This document shows positions 34,326-44,194 of a stretch of DNA of 64,000 nt, piece by piece. Under the pieces are notes generated by a model. It saw only the letters and a program-made list of their open reading frames with translations. It was not told the origin of the DNA and did no database searches. Source of the stretch: an uncultured Gammaproteobacteria bacterium (GTDB lineage: Bacteria; Pseudomonadota; Gammaproteobacteria; Steroidobacterales; Steroidobacteraceae); NCBI GenBank assembly GCA_963744735.1, contig CAVUVH010000006.1:50688-114687 (forward strand). Direction: 5' to 3'. The stretch's first letter is position 1; every line of letters begins with the position of its first letter. A program made the translations under genes and the position numbers.

Positions 34326-34385
34326 CGTTGCCTTGTCCCGGGCCTCCTGTCGTCTTGACGGCCCGGCGACCCGCGCCGGCCTCGC

Positions 34386-36170
34386 TCAGCGCCCGCTGCC
34401 GCCCGCGGCCGCAGCCGGCCTGCGCGGCTCGACGAACCGCTCCATCACGGCCTGCTCGAGCAGGTCCGGTGGCAGCAGGCCCTGGTCGATGATGAAGTCG
34501 TGGTAGGCCAGCGCGTCGAAGCGGGGCCCGAGTGCGAGCTCGGTCTTGCCACGCAGCTTGAGCTGGGCACGGTAGCCATAGAAATAGGACGTCGCCTGGC
34601 CGGGCGCATTGAAGCTGTAGCGGTCGACCTCCTGCTTGGCCATCGGCTCGGACAGGCCGACCTCCTTCATCAGGAAATCCTGCACCGCCGCCGGCTCGAT
34701 CAGGCCCAGGTTCACCATCGGGTCGAGGAACGCGCGAGCCTCGCGCAGCATGCGCAGCTGCAGCGTGCCGACCTGGCCCTCGAGCGGCAGGTGACGCTTG
34801 ACCAGTGATTCCGCGTACAGCGCCCAGCCCTCGACGTTGGCGCTGTTGAAGGCGAAGATCGCGCGCGGAATCGAGACGCCGTTCTCGATCATCTTCGCGA
34901 ACTGCAGTTCGTGGCCGGGTCGCGACTCGTGCGCCGTGAGAGTCCAGGAGATCGCGTCGTTGGTGAAGTCGTCCATCCTCGTGCCGGGCGGTGCGTTCGG
35001 GTTCTCGAGCGGCAGCACGAACTCGGCCGACTCGCCGGTGTTGCCGATCAGCCGTGGCGGGCTCAGGAAAGGTGCTGGCTGCGCAGCCGACTCGGCCGCC
35101 GTCGCCAGCCGGATCACGGCCGGGCGATCGGGCATCGTCACGATACGCTCCCGCCGGATGATGTCTTCGAGGCTCGCGAGCCGGGACTTGTACGTCGCGA
35201 GCAGGGCGTCCTTCGGTATCGTCTCGGCCTTGAGGCGCGCGAGGACGGCGCGGTAGTCGGCCGATGGGTAGCCTCGCTGCTTTGCGACCAGCGTCGCGAG
35301 GGTCTGCATTTCCTCCCGGGTCTGCACGAAGCTGAGCATCGCCTCGTCCATCAGCTCGCGGGGATCCGCCGAGACGCCGAAGTTGCGCAGGTTGTCTGCG
35401 TAGATCTCGGGCGGCAGCCGGTTGGTGGCACTCGCGCGCGGCAATAGCTCGGCGCGAAGCCAGCGTTCGTGCTCGACGAGCTGCTGGTCCAGCAGCTTCA
35501 GGTTCTGCTGCCAGCCTTTCAGCCCGCTGCGCTCGAACAGCTCGCGGATGCCCTGCACGTAGCGCTCGCGATTGCGCAGGTTCTGCTCGATCTCGACCTT
35601 CCAGGGGCCGGTGACCCCCGGAACGGCGAAGCGCTCCTGCAGCCGCGCCTCGGCCAGGCGGGCGATCGGCTCGTGGCCCGGCGCGCGACCCACGTAGCGC
35701 GCCAGCCGCTCGAGCGCCGCCGGATAACGTTCGCGGGCGACCCGCGTGTCGAGCAGCGAATTGAACGACTGGAACAGCAGTTGCGGCAGGTCGGCGTACG
35801 GCAGCATCAGGCGACGGTTGAGTTCCGAGGTCCTGCGCTGATCGCGCGCGGAATTGATCAGGATCTGGAGATCCGCGCGGACCCGTGGATCCGCCTCGGT
35901 GGCGAGCCGGGCCTCGAGCTCTGCCTGCACCTTGGCGAGGTCGGCTTCCAGGCGCTCGTCGAAGCGCGGCTTCAGGTCGATGATGTCGGCGTCGCGACCG
36001 TCGACGCCGAGCGACGATGCGCCCTCGGGACTGGTAGACCGCAATGAGTTCGAGCAGCGGCGCGCGTTCGCGTTGCTGCGCACCACCCATTCCGGGCTCT
36101 CGCCGGTGGCATGGACGGACGCTGACGACGCAAGGATGAAGACGAAAAATGCTCGCGGCAACCAGGACAT
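34386..36170 (-). CDS. DUF885 family secreted protein (probable pair of compensating frame breaks near the N-terminus)
   Basis: C-terminal 594 codons of ORF 34386..37652(-), from the ATG at 36170: MSWLPRAFFVFILASSASVHA (signal peptide) ...TAHESRPGHELQFAKM...EGWALYAESL...RYSFNAPGQATSYFYG. The stretch RRCSNSLRST reads as PLLELIAVYQ in another frame, suggesting indels near 36060 and 36030. Confidence 0.75.
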   Translation of the reverse strand: MSWLPRAFFVFILASSASVHATGESPEWVVRSNANARRCSNSLRSTSPEGASSLGVDGRDADIIDLKPRFDERLEADLAKVQAELEARLATEADPRVRADLQILINSARDQRRTSELNRRLMLPYADLPQLLFQSFNSLLDTRVARERYPAALERLARYVGRAPGHEPIARLAEARLQERFAVPGVTGPWKVEIEQNLRNRERYVQGIRELFERSGLKGWQQNLKLLDQQLVEHERWLRAELLPRASATNRLPPEIYADNLRNFGVSADPRELMDEAMLSFVQTREEMQTLATLVAKQRGYPSADYRAVLARLKAETIPKDALLATYKSRLASLEDIIRRERIVTMPDRPAVIRLATAAESAAQPAPFLSPPRLIGNTGESAEFVLPLENPNAPPGTRMDDFTNDAISWTLTAHESRPGHELQFAKMIENGVSIPRAIFAFNSANVEGWALYAESLVKRHLPLEGQVGTLQLRMLREARAFLDPMVNLGLIEPAAVQDFLMKEVGLSEPMAKQEVDRYSFNAPGQATSYFYGYRAQLKLRGKTELALGPRFDALAYHDFIIDQGLLPPDLLEQAVMERFVEPRRPAAAAGGSGR

Positions 36171-36247
36171 GCTTCGGCCCCATGAAGTGCAGGAGTCGCG
36201 ATTGTGGCAGGAATGCACCGACGGACAAGCACCAATGCGCGCGGAGG

Positions 36248-37483
36248 TCACGTCGCCCCCGCCCTCGCCCGCGCCGTGCGTCGCGAGCGCCGCCAGAACA
36301 CCAGGCACAGCACTGCGCCCATGTAGCCGCAGAGCGCGACGCTGGTGAAGTAGATCTGGAAGCTCTGCGCGCGCGGGTAGTGGCGCGAAAGGAAGCCGTC
36401 GTAGAGCGGCAGCAGCACGTCGGGCATGTAGCCGATGAAGCTCACCAGGCCGATGGCGAGCCCGATGATGTGCCGCGGCACCGGGCAGAGGTCGAGCAGC
36501 GCCCAGTAGAGGCCCTTGATCGCGTAGGTGAGGTAGCCGATGACCAGCACGATGCCGACGATCGCCACCATGCTGCCCGCCAGCGGCAGGAAGCATATTG
36601 CGATCAGGCTCGTCGCCGCGAGCGCGAGCAGCAAGGCGAGCAGCAACTCCTTGGAATAGATGTCGCCGAGGAAGCCTATGGTGATGCCGCCGATGGGCCG
36701 CATCCAGAGTTTCGTCAGCACGACGGACCCGGCCGCGAGCGCCGACAGCCCGAAGTTGACCTGCAGGAACGCCGAGATCGAGTACGTCACCCAGAACAGC
36801 ATCTGGCCGATCGCCATCACGATCGCCAGCAGCCAGAGTTCCGGGATGCGTGCCAGCAGGCCGATGTCGGCCAGCAGTGTGCCGCCGGTGCGCTTTGCGT
36901 CCCGGGCGCGCGGTGCCGGTGTCACGCGGTTCGGGTCGTCCTCGACGAACAGGTAGACGAGCACGGCGAGCACGATCGCCGCGATGGCGTACATGTGGAT
37001 CACCGGCGCGAGCCGCAGGGTGGCCGGGTCGCCCGGCTCGGACAACCCGCGGAACATCAGCACGGCGACCGAGGCGAGCAGCGCCTCGACCAGGCCGCGA
37101 CCGCCGTCGAGGATGCCGAAGAACCGCCCCTGCTCGGTCGAACCTGCGAGGACGTTGACGGCCTTGATCAGCGCGGCCCAGAAGCACAGCCCGCCCGCGA
37201 CTCCCCAGCCGAGGAAAATCAGGCGCAGCTCGAGCAGCGACGGGAAGGTCGCGAACCACAGCCCGAGCAGTCCGACCGCCGCGAGCGCGAAGGCCATCAG
37301 CTTGCGCGGCTGGTAGCGGTCGGCCAGCCAGCCGCTCGGGATGTAGGTCAGCGAGAACACCAGGCCGAGCAGCGAATAAAGCTCGCCAAGGTCGGTCGGT
37401 GTGATGCGCAGCGCCTCGAGCACGCTGATCTCGAAGTTCTGCCGCAGGTACATCAGCGGATAGAGCGCGCCCGCACCGAGCAC
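36248..37483 (-). CDS. MFS transporter (N-terminus probably extends upstream)
   Basis: ORF 36248..37483(-) is hydrophobic throughout. The in-frame upstream sequence IELPPEITVIEPIASSGSRARRYAQFAIIVLG looks like a genuine N-terminal extension, but it has no start codon after the TGA at about 37575. It sits directly upstream of the DUF885 gene (78-bp gap), so the two are probably an operon. Confidence 0.7.
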   Translation of the reverse strand: MLGAGALYPLMYLRQNFEISVLEALRITPTDLGELYSLLGLVFSLTYIPSGWLADRYQPRKLMAFALAAVGLLGLWFATFPSLLELRLIFLGWGVAGGLCFWAALIKAVNVLAGSTEQGRFFGILDGGRGLVEALLASVAVLMFRGLSEPGDPATLRLAPVIHMYAIAAIVLAVLVYLFVEDDPNRVTPAPRARDAKRTGGTLLADIGLLARIPELWLLAIVMAIGQMLFWVTYSISAFLQVNFGLSALAAGSVVLTKLWMRPIGGITIGFLGDIYSKELLLALLLALAATSLIAICFLPLAGSMVAIVGIVLVIGYLTYAIKGLYWALLDLCPVPRHIIGLAIGLVSFIGYMPDVLLPLYDGFLSRHYPRAQSFQIYFTSVALCGYMGAVLCLVFWRRSRRTARARAGAT

Positions 37484-37923
37484 GATGATGGCGAACTGCG
37501 CGTAACGACGCGCGCGGCTGCCGGACGAGGCGATGGGTTCGATGACGGTGATCTCCGGTGGAAGTTCGATCCTGGGTCAGGCCAGGCCCCACAGGCCCTG
37601 CGCCTTCAGCCGGGCGGCAATATCGCAGCCACCGACGACCAGCACGTCGCAAACCAGGTCTGCTCGAGTCACTCGCGCTGGCGTCCCGGTCACTGCGCGT
37701 ACGCGTTCATCACGGCCTGCGCTGTGCGCATGGTCTCCCCCCGCGGCCATTGTTGTTGCGCGAACGTAACCCGCGCGACCCGTGCGCGCCAGCCCCTTGA
37801 GCAGACGGGCCCGAACTGTTCCCGGGAGGCTCTGCAGCCGCCCACTCGAGGCACCGGACGGGCACCGGCCCCCGAACCTGCGATTTGGTGTAATGTCCCG
37901 CTCTCCCCGGCCACCTTCGAAAC

Positions 37924-39073
37924 ATGCCCGTACAGACGCCGATCCGCGTCCTGCACTTCGTCACCGGTGGCTTCGCCGGCGGCGCGACCCAGGTTGCGAT
38001 CAAGCTGGTGTCGGCCGCACTGCAGACCGACACGGTGCAGCCGCTGCTGGTGCTGCGCCGCAAGCGCCACACCGACCCTGCGCGCATCGCCGAATTGCGC
38101 GCGCAGGGCATACCGGTCGAGGTCGTCAGCGGCATGTTCCACTGGCTGACGATCTGGGCGCTGGCTGCGGGTGTGCCGCCGCTTCCGGCCTGACATCCTG
38201 GTGGCGCATGGTTTTCCGGAACACATCCTGGGGCGCCATGCCGGTCGCCTCGCCCGGGTGCCGCACCTGGTGCAGGTCGAGCACAACTCGAGGGAACGGT
38301 ACACGGCGTGGCGGCGGTGGCAGGCGCGCCGGCTCGACCGCCACACGGCGCGCATCGTCGGCTGCGGCGAGGGCGTGCGCCGCAGGCTGCTGGAGATGGG
38401 TACACCGCCCGATCGCACGATCACGATCAACAACGGCATCAACCTGGTGCCATTCGCCAGCGCCGATGCGCATCCTTTCGAGCAGCGCGCGGCGCAGATC
38501 CTGATGGTGTCGCGTTTCGCCCGGCAGAAGGACCACCTGACGCTGATCCGGGCAATGGCGCTGCTGCGCGAGCGTGGCCTGCGCCCGCCGCTGCTGCTGG
38601 CGGGCGGCGGCAAGCAAGGCCACCGCCGCCGCGCAGAACGGCTGACGGCCGAACTGGGGTTGCAGGACCAGGTGCAGTTCCTCGGACTGGTGCGGGATGT
38701 GCCGCAACGCCTCATGGCCTCCCGTATCGCCGTGCTGAGCACGCACTACGAGGGCATGCCGCTCGCCCTGGTCGAAGGCATGGCTGCTGGCTGCGCCGTT
38801 GTCGGCAGCGCAGTTCCCGGCGTGCAGGAGGTTCTGCGCGACGGGGTCAACGGCCGCCTCGTCGCGCACCAGGATCCGCGCAGCCTGGCCGATGCGCTGG
38901 AGGGCCTGCTGCGGGACCCGGCCTTGGCTGCCCGGCTGGCCCGGCAGGCCAGGCTGGACGCGCTCGATGCCTACAGCCTCGAACGCATGAACCGCGACTA
39001 CGAGGACCTGTTCTGCAGCCTGATGCAGGGGCGCCCTGCACCGGCAGCCGGCGCTGGCCAGCCTCCTCCTTAG
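37924..39073 (+). CDS. GT4-family glycosyltransferase (one frame break)
   Basis: ORF 37924..38193 begins MPVQTPIRVLHFVTGGFAGGATQVAIKL.... The remainder is in ORF 38171..39073 (...RPDILVAHGF...MVSRFARQKDH...STHYEGMPLALVEGMAAGCAVVGSAVPGVQEVLRDGVNGRLV). Break at about 38160-38172. Confidence 0.75.
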
Positions 39074-39155
39074 CCCATCAATTCCGGCCATCGCGCCGGT
39101 GGGTCAGTAACTCTCCGACTGGAGACCGGCCACTCGCAGGCCGATCATCGGAGCC

Positions 39156-39862
<707 letters not shown>

Positions 39863-39869
<7 letters not shown>

Positions 39870-42232
39870 TGCGCGCGCTGCACCGCAAGCTGCTGCGCGA
39901 CCTGTGGCGGATGCGCGGGCAGGTACTGGCCATCGCGCTGGTCATGGCCTCGGGCGTCGGCGTGCTGGTGATGTCGCTCACCACGGTCGAGTCGCTCGAG
40001 GAAACGGCGATCGCCTACTACGAGCGCTACCGGTTCGGGCACGTGTTCGCCCGCGTCGAGCGGGCACCCGAGCACCTGGCTGCGCGGCTGCGCGAAATCC
40101 CCGGCGTGCAGGCGGTGGAAACGCGCGTCGTGCGCACGGCGATCCTCGACGTCGAAGGCTTCGAGGAACCGGTGATCGGGCAACTCGTGTCCGTCCCGGA
40201 GCGGTCCGAGCCACGGCTGAACCGCCTGGCGCTGCGCGACGGGCGGCTGCCGCGCATCGGTTATCCCGACGAAGCCGTGCTGACGGAGCCGTTCGCGCAG
40301 GCGCACGGGCTGGCGCCGGGCGACCACCTGCGCGCCGTCATCAACGGCCGGTGGCGCGAGCTGACGGTCGTCGGCATCGCCCTGTCGCCGGAGTACGTGT
40401 ACGCCATCGGCCCGGGCGCACTCATGCCCGACGACCGGCGCTTTGGCGTGCTGTGGATGGGGCACGAGGCCCTGCAGGCCGCCTTCGACCTTGACGGTGC
40501 GTTCAACGACGTGAGCCTCGCGCTTCTGCGCGGCACGGACCCGGACGCGGTCGTCGAACGCGTCGATCGAATCCTCGCGCGCTACGGCGGCATCGGGGCC
40601 TACGCACGTGCGGACCAGTTGTCGAACTGGTTCCTGATGAGCGAGATCGACCAGCACCGCACGCTGGCCACGATCCTGCCCACCATCTTCCTGGCCGTGG
40701 CAGCGTTCCTCACGCACATGGTGCTCGGCCGGCTGATCGCGGTCGAGCGCAGCGAGATCGGCCTGTTGAAGGCTTTCGGTTACACCAACCGTGACATCGC
40801 CGGTCACTATGCGCGCCTGGCGCTCGGCATCGGCACCGTCGGCGTGCTGCTCGGGTGGTTCCTCGGCTACTGGCTGGGCCTCTACCACACGCGGCTCTAT
40901 GCCGACTTCTATCACTTTCCGTTCCTGCTGTTCCGCCCGGGCCCGCAGGCATTCGTGATCGCCGGGGCCGTCAGCATGGGCGCGGCGCTGATCGGCGCGC
41001 TCGCGGCGGTACGTGCGGCGGCGGCGCTGCCGCCGGCGGAGGCCATGCGCCCGCCGGCGCCGCCGCTGTTCCGGCGCACCGCGCTGAGCGAACTGGGCTG
41101 GGTACGACGCCTCGACCAGCCCACCCGCATCCTGCTGCGCCAGGTCGTCCGCTGGCCGGCGCGGTCGTTCATCACGACGGCCGGCATCGCGATGTCGGTG
41201 GCTGTGCTGGTGACGTCGATGCAGTGGCTCGACGCGATCAACCACATGGTCGACGTGTACTTCCTGCAGGCGCAGGGACAGGACATCAGCGTCGGCTTCG
41301 CCGAACCCCGCTCGAGCGAGATCGAGCGCGACCTCGCCCGCCTGCCCGGAGTCCGCACGACGGAGCCAATGCGCGCGGTGCCGGCCAAGCTGCACAACGG
41401 CTGGCGCGAACAGCGCGAGGCACTGCAGGGACTGCCGGCCCGGCAGGAGCTGTACCAGGTTTTCGACGCCGAAGGCCGCGCCCTGGAGTTGCCGCCCGAC
41501 GGGCTGGTGATCTCGACGATGCTCGCCAAGCTGCTCGACGTCCGCGTGGGCGAACGGATCACGGTCGAAGTGCTCGAGGGACGGCGGCCGCTCGTCGAGG
41601 TTCCCGTGGTGGCGACCTTCGAGACCTACATCGGGTCGCCCGCCTACATGGACATTCGCGCCCTCGACCGGCTCATGCGCGGCCGCCCGAGCGTCACCGC
41701 CGTGCACCTGCGTGTGGATCCCGCGATGCGCGGCACACTGTTCCGCGAGCTGAAGACCCTGCCGCGGGTCAGCTCGATCACCGTGCGGCAGGCCGCGGTG
41801 CAGACTTTCCGCGACACCATGGCGAAGACGATCACGATCTTCGTGTCGTTCTTCATCGTGTTCGCGTGCGCCCTCGCCTTCGGCGTCACCTACAACGCCG
41901 CGCGCATCGCGCTGTCCGAGCGCGGCCGCGAACTCGCCACCCTGCGCGTGCTCGGCTTCACGCGGGCCGAGATCTCCTACATCCTGCTCGGCGAGGTGGC
42001 CCTGCTCACGTTCGTTGCGCTGCCGCTCGGCTGCGCGGCCGGCTTCGGGCTGGCGAGCCTGATCGTGCAGGCCTTCGAGACCGAGCTCTACCGCGTGCCG
42101 CTCGTGATCCTGCCCTCGACGTACGGCTGGGCGATGGTGATCGGGCTGGCTGCGACGGCAGCGTCGGCATTCCTGGTGCGGCGCCGGGCCGACCGGCTCG
42201 ACCTGATCGCCGTGCTCAAGACCCGGGAGTAG
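39863..42232 (+). CDS. ABC transporter permease with duplicated FtsX-type domains (YbbP-like, 789 aa)
   Basis: Intact [36 protein letters not shown]... with two hydrophobic FtsX-like modules separated by large soluble loops. Its start overlaps the ATPase gene by 7 nt. Confidence 0.85.
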
Positions 42233-42236
42233 AACG

Positions 42237-43445
42237 ATGACCCCCGCGCTGAAAAGACTGACGTTCTGGGCCCCCCTGGCGCTGGCACTCGCACTGGTGC
42301 TCGCCTGGCTGTTCCGGCCCGCCGCAGTACCGGTCGACCTCGTCGCGGTGGATCGCGGTCCGCTGACGGTGAGCGTGAGCGACGAGGGGGAGACTCGCGT
42401 CACGGACATGTACGTCGTGTCGGCCCCGGTCCCGGGTCGCATGCGCCGCATCGATCTCCAGGTCGGCGACACGGTGGTCGCGGACCAGACGCTCGTGGCG
42501 CGCATCGAGCCGAGCGATCCCTCGTTCCTCGACGTGCGCAGCGCCGCCGAAGCGCGGGCCGGCGTGGACGCAGCCGCCGCCGCGCGGACTCACGCCGAGG
42601 CCCAGATGAGTCGCGTGCAGGCAGAGCTTGACTTCGCACGGGCCGAATATGAGCGCATGCGCGCACTGGCGCGGAGCCACACGGTGTCCGAGAACGAGCT
42701 GGACTCGGCGCAACGGCGGGCGCGGACGGCCGAGGCGTCACTGGCAGAGGCGAAAGCCGAGCGCAGGATGCGCGAGTCCGAGTACCAGGTGGCGCGCGCG
42801 CGCCTGATGACTCCGGGCACGGCGCGCGGAAGCGTCGCCGACTGCGACTGCGTGTCGGTCTACTCGCCGGTGAGCGGCCGGGTGCTCAGGATCGTCAACG
42901 AGAGCGAAGGCGTGGTCGCCTCCGGCACGCCGCTGGTCGAGGTCGGCAATCCAGGACTGCTCGAAGTGGTCGTCGACCTGCTGTCGGCCGACGCCGTTCG
43001 GGTCGGGCCAGGGCAGCGCGTGGTCATCGAGGCGTGGGGCGGCGACCAGCCGCTCGACGGCGTCGTGCAGCGCGTGGAGCCTTTCGGCTTCACGAAGGTA
43101 TCGGCGCTCGGCATCGAGGAACAGCGCGTCAACGTGGTGATCGACATTGCCTCGCCGCGCGAACGCTGGGAACGCCTCGGCCACGGCTACCGGGTCGAGC
43201 CGCGCATCGTCCTGTGGGAGTCCTCCGACGTGCTGCGCGTGCCGCTGTCGGCCCTGTTCCGCCAGGGTGACAAGTGGGCGGTGTTCGTCGCACGCGACGG
43301 GCGCGCCGAACTGCGGGAAGTCGAGATCGGCCAGGGCAACGGCTTGCAGGCCGAGGTCCGCGCCGGTCTCGATGCCGGTGAACGCGTGGTGCTGCATCCG
43401 GCCGAACGGGTATCTCCCGGAGTGCGGCTGGCAGAGCGCGGGTGA
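42237..43445 (+). CDS. HlyD-family periplasmic adaptor (membrane fusion protein)
   Basis: Intact 402-aa ORF with an N-terminal TM segment (LTFWAPLALALALVLAWLF), a coiled-coil region (AEAQMSRVQAELDFARAEYERM...) and beta-barrel parts (VYSPVSGRVLRI...). It begins 4 nt after the permease gene. Confidence 0.85.
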   Translation: MTPALKRLTFWAPLALALALVLAWLFRPAAVPVDLVAVDRGPLTVSVSDEGETRVTDMYVVSAPVPGRMRRIDLQVGDTVVADQTLVARIEPSDPSFLDVRSAAEARAGVDAAAAARTHAEAQMSRVQAELDFARAEYERMRALARSHTVSENELDSAQRRARTAEASLAEAKAERRMRESEYQVARARLMTPGTARGSVADCDCVSVYSPVSGRVLRIVNESEGVVASGTPLVEVGNPGLLEVVVDLLSADAVRVGPGQRVVIEAWGGDQPLDGVVQRVEPFGFTKVSALGIEEQRVNVVIDIASPRERWERLGHGYRVEPRIVLWESSDVLRVPLSALFRQGDKWAVFVARDGRAELREVEIGQGNGLQAEVRAGLDAGERVVLHPAERVSPGVRLAERG

Positions 43446-43614
43446 CCCGCCCGGCGCAGGCCGCGCACAGCGATGCACGTGTTGCGCCTGCTACGACCGG
43501 TGAGCCGGGCGGGATTGCCGGTCGCGGGGCGCGCGGCGTAGCATCGGCAGCGCACGACGCCGGGAGTGCACCATGTCGGTACGTGGAGAAGCGCGACGGG
43601 GTCCGCGCTCGCGA

Positions 43615-44082
43615 CTACTGCATTTTCTGCACGTAGTCGGCAATCGACACCCGGAAGTGCTGGATGAACTGGCTGACCATGGCCGGCGTGACGCCATCGT
43701 CCGCCAGCAGTTCGGCCCGCAGCACCGGGTCGCCGTCCTCGTCGAGATAGGCCCGCGAGTACAGCTGCTCGGAATTCCACTGGTTGGCCTTGTCGAGGCT
43801 GGCGCCAGGCGCCTTGAATGCGAAGTACGCGCCAAGGTGCCTGCCCCGGTCGTAGAGCGCGAACCGGATGTCGGCAACGCCCATTTCGACGACATACGTG
43901 TCGGGCTGCGGTCGCTCGTACTTCAGTCCCAGCGCAGCGAGCTGCGCCTGGATCACTTCCGCACTCAGCGCGACCTGCGCCGGCGGGTCGGCTGCCTGCG
44001 CTGGCGCAACCGCCAGGACTTGCATCGCCATCAGTGCGATGAGTACCCACGCAAGTGAACAGCGAGCCGCAGTGCCTTTCAT
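43615..44082 (-). CDS. YbjN-like (putative sensory transduction regulator family) protein with signal peptide
   Basis: In ORF 43615..44481(-), using the ATG at 44082: MKGTAARCSLAWVLIALMAMQVLAVAPAQA-ADPP...YVVEMGVADIRFALYDRGRHLGAYFAF...ANQWNSEQLYSRAYLDEDGDPVLRAELLADDGVTPAMVSQFIQHF. The family call rests on remembered sequence patterns only. Confidence 0.5.
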   Translation of the reverse strand: MKGTAARCSLAWVLIALMAMQVLAVAPAQAADPPAQVALSAEVIQAQLAALGLKYERPQPDTYVVEMGVADIRFALYDRGRHLGAYFAFKAPGASLDKANQWNSEQLYSRAYLDEDGDPVLRAELLADDGVTPAMVSQFIQHFRVSIADYVQKMQ

Positions 44083-44194
44083 GACGCTCTCCGGAAGACC
44101 GACGCCCCAGGACTTCAAGCTTGGCCGGAATCTAGCACGCCTGCCGCAGAAAACGATGGCCGGTACCGACCATGATCGCCGCGACGGTCGCTGG

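Noticed and set aside
37570-37700. Short minus-strand reading frame ending ...VTRADLVCDVLVVGGCDIAARLKAQGLWGLA-stop, reminiscent of a dinucleotide-binding N-terminus, in the 440-bp gap upstream of the MFS gene.
   Set aside because: It is about 40 codons long with no clear start, no proper GxGxxG motif and no continuation. It could be a gene remnant but cannot be supported.
43615-44082. Gasdermin-like pore-forming partner for the CHAT protease.
   Set aside because: The only adjacent small gene encodes a 155-aa YbjN-like protein with a signal peptide. That is too short and has the wrong sequence character for a bacterial gasdermin (typically about 240-300 aa). No NACHT/STAND, CRISPR or gRAMP genes are nearby either.
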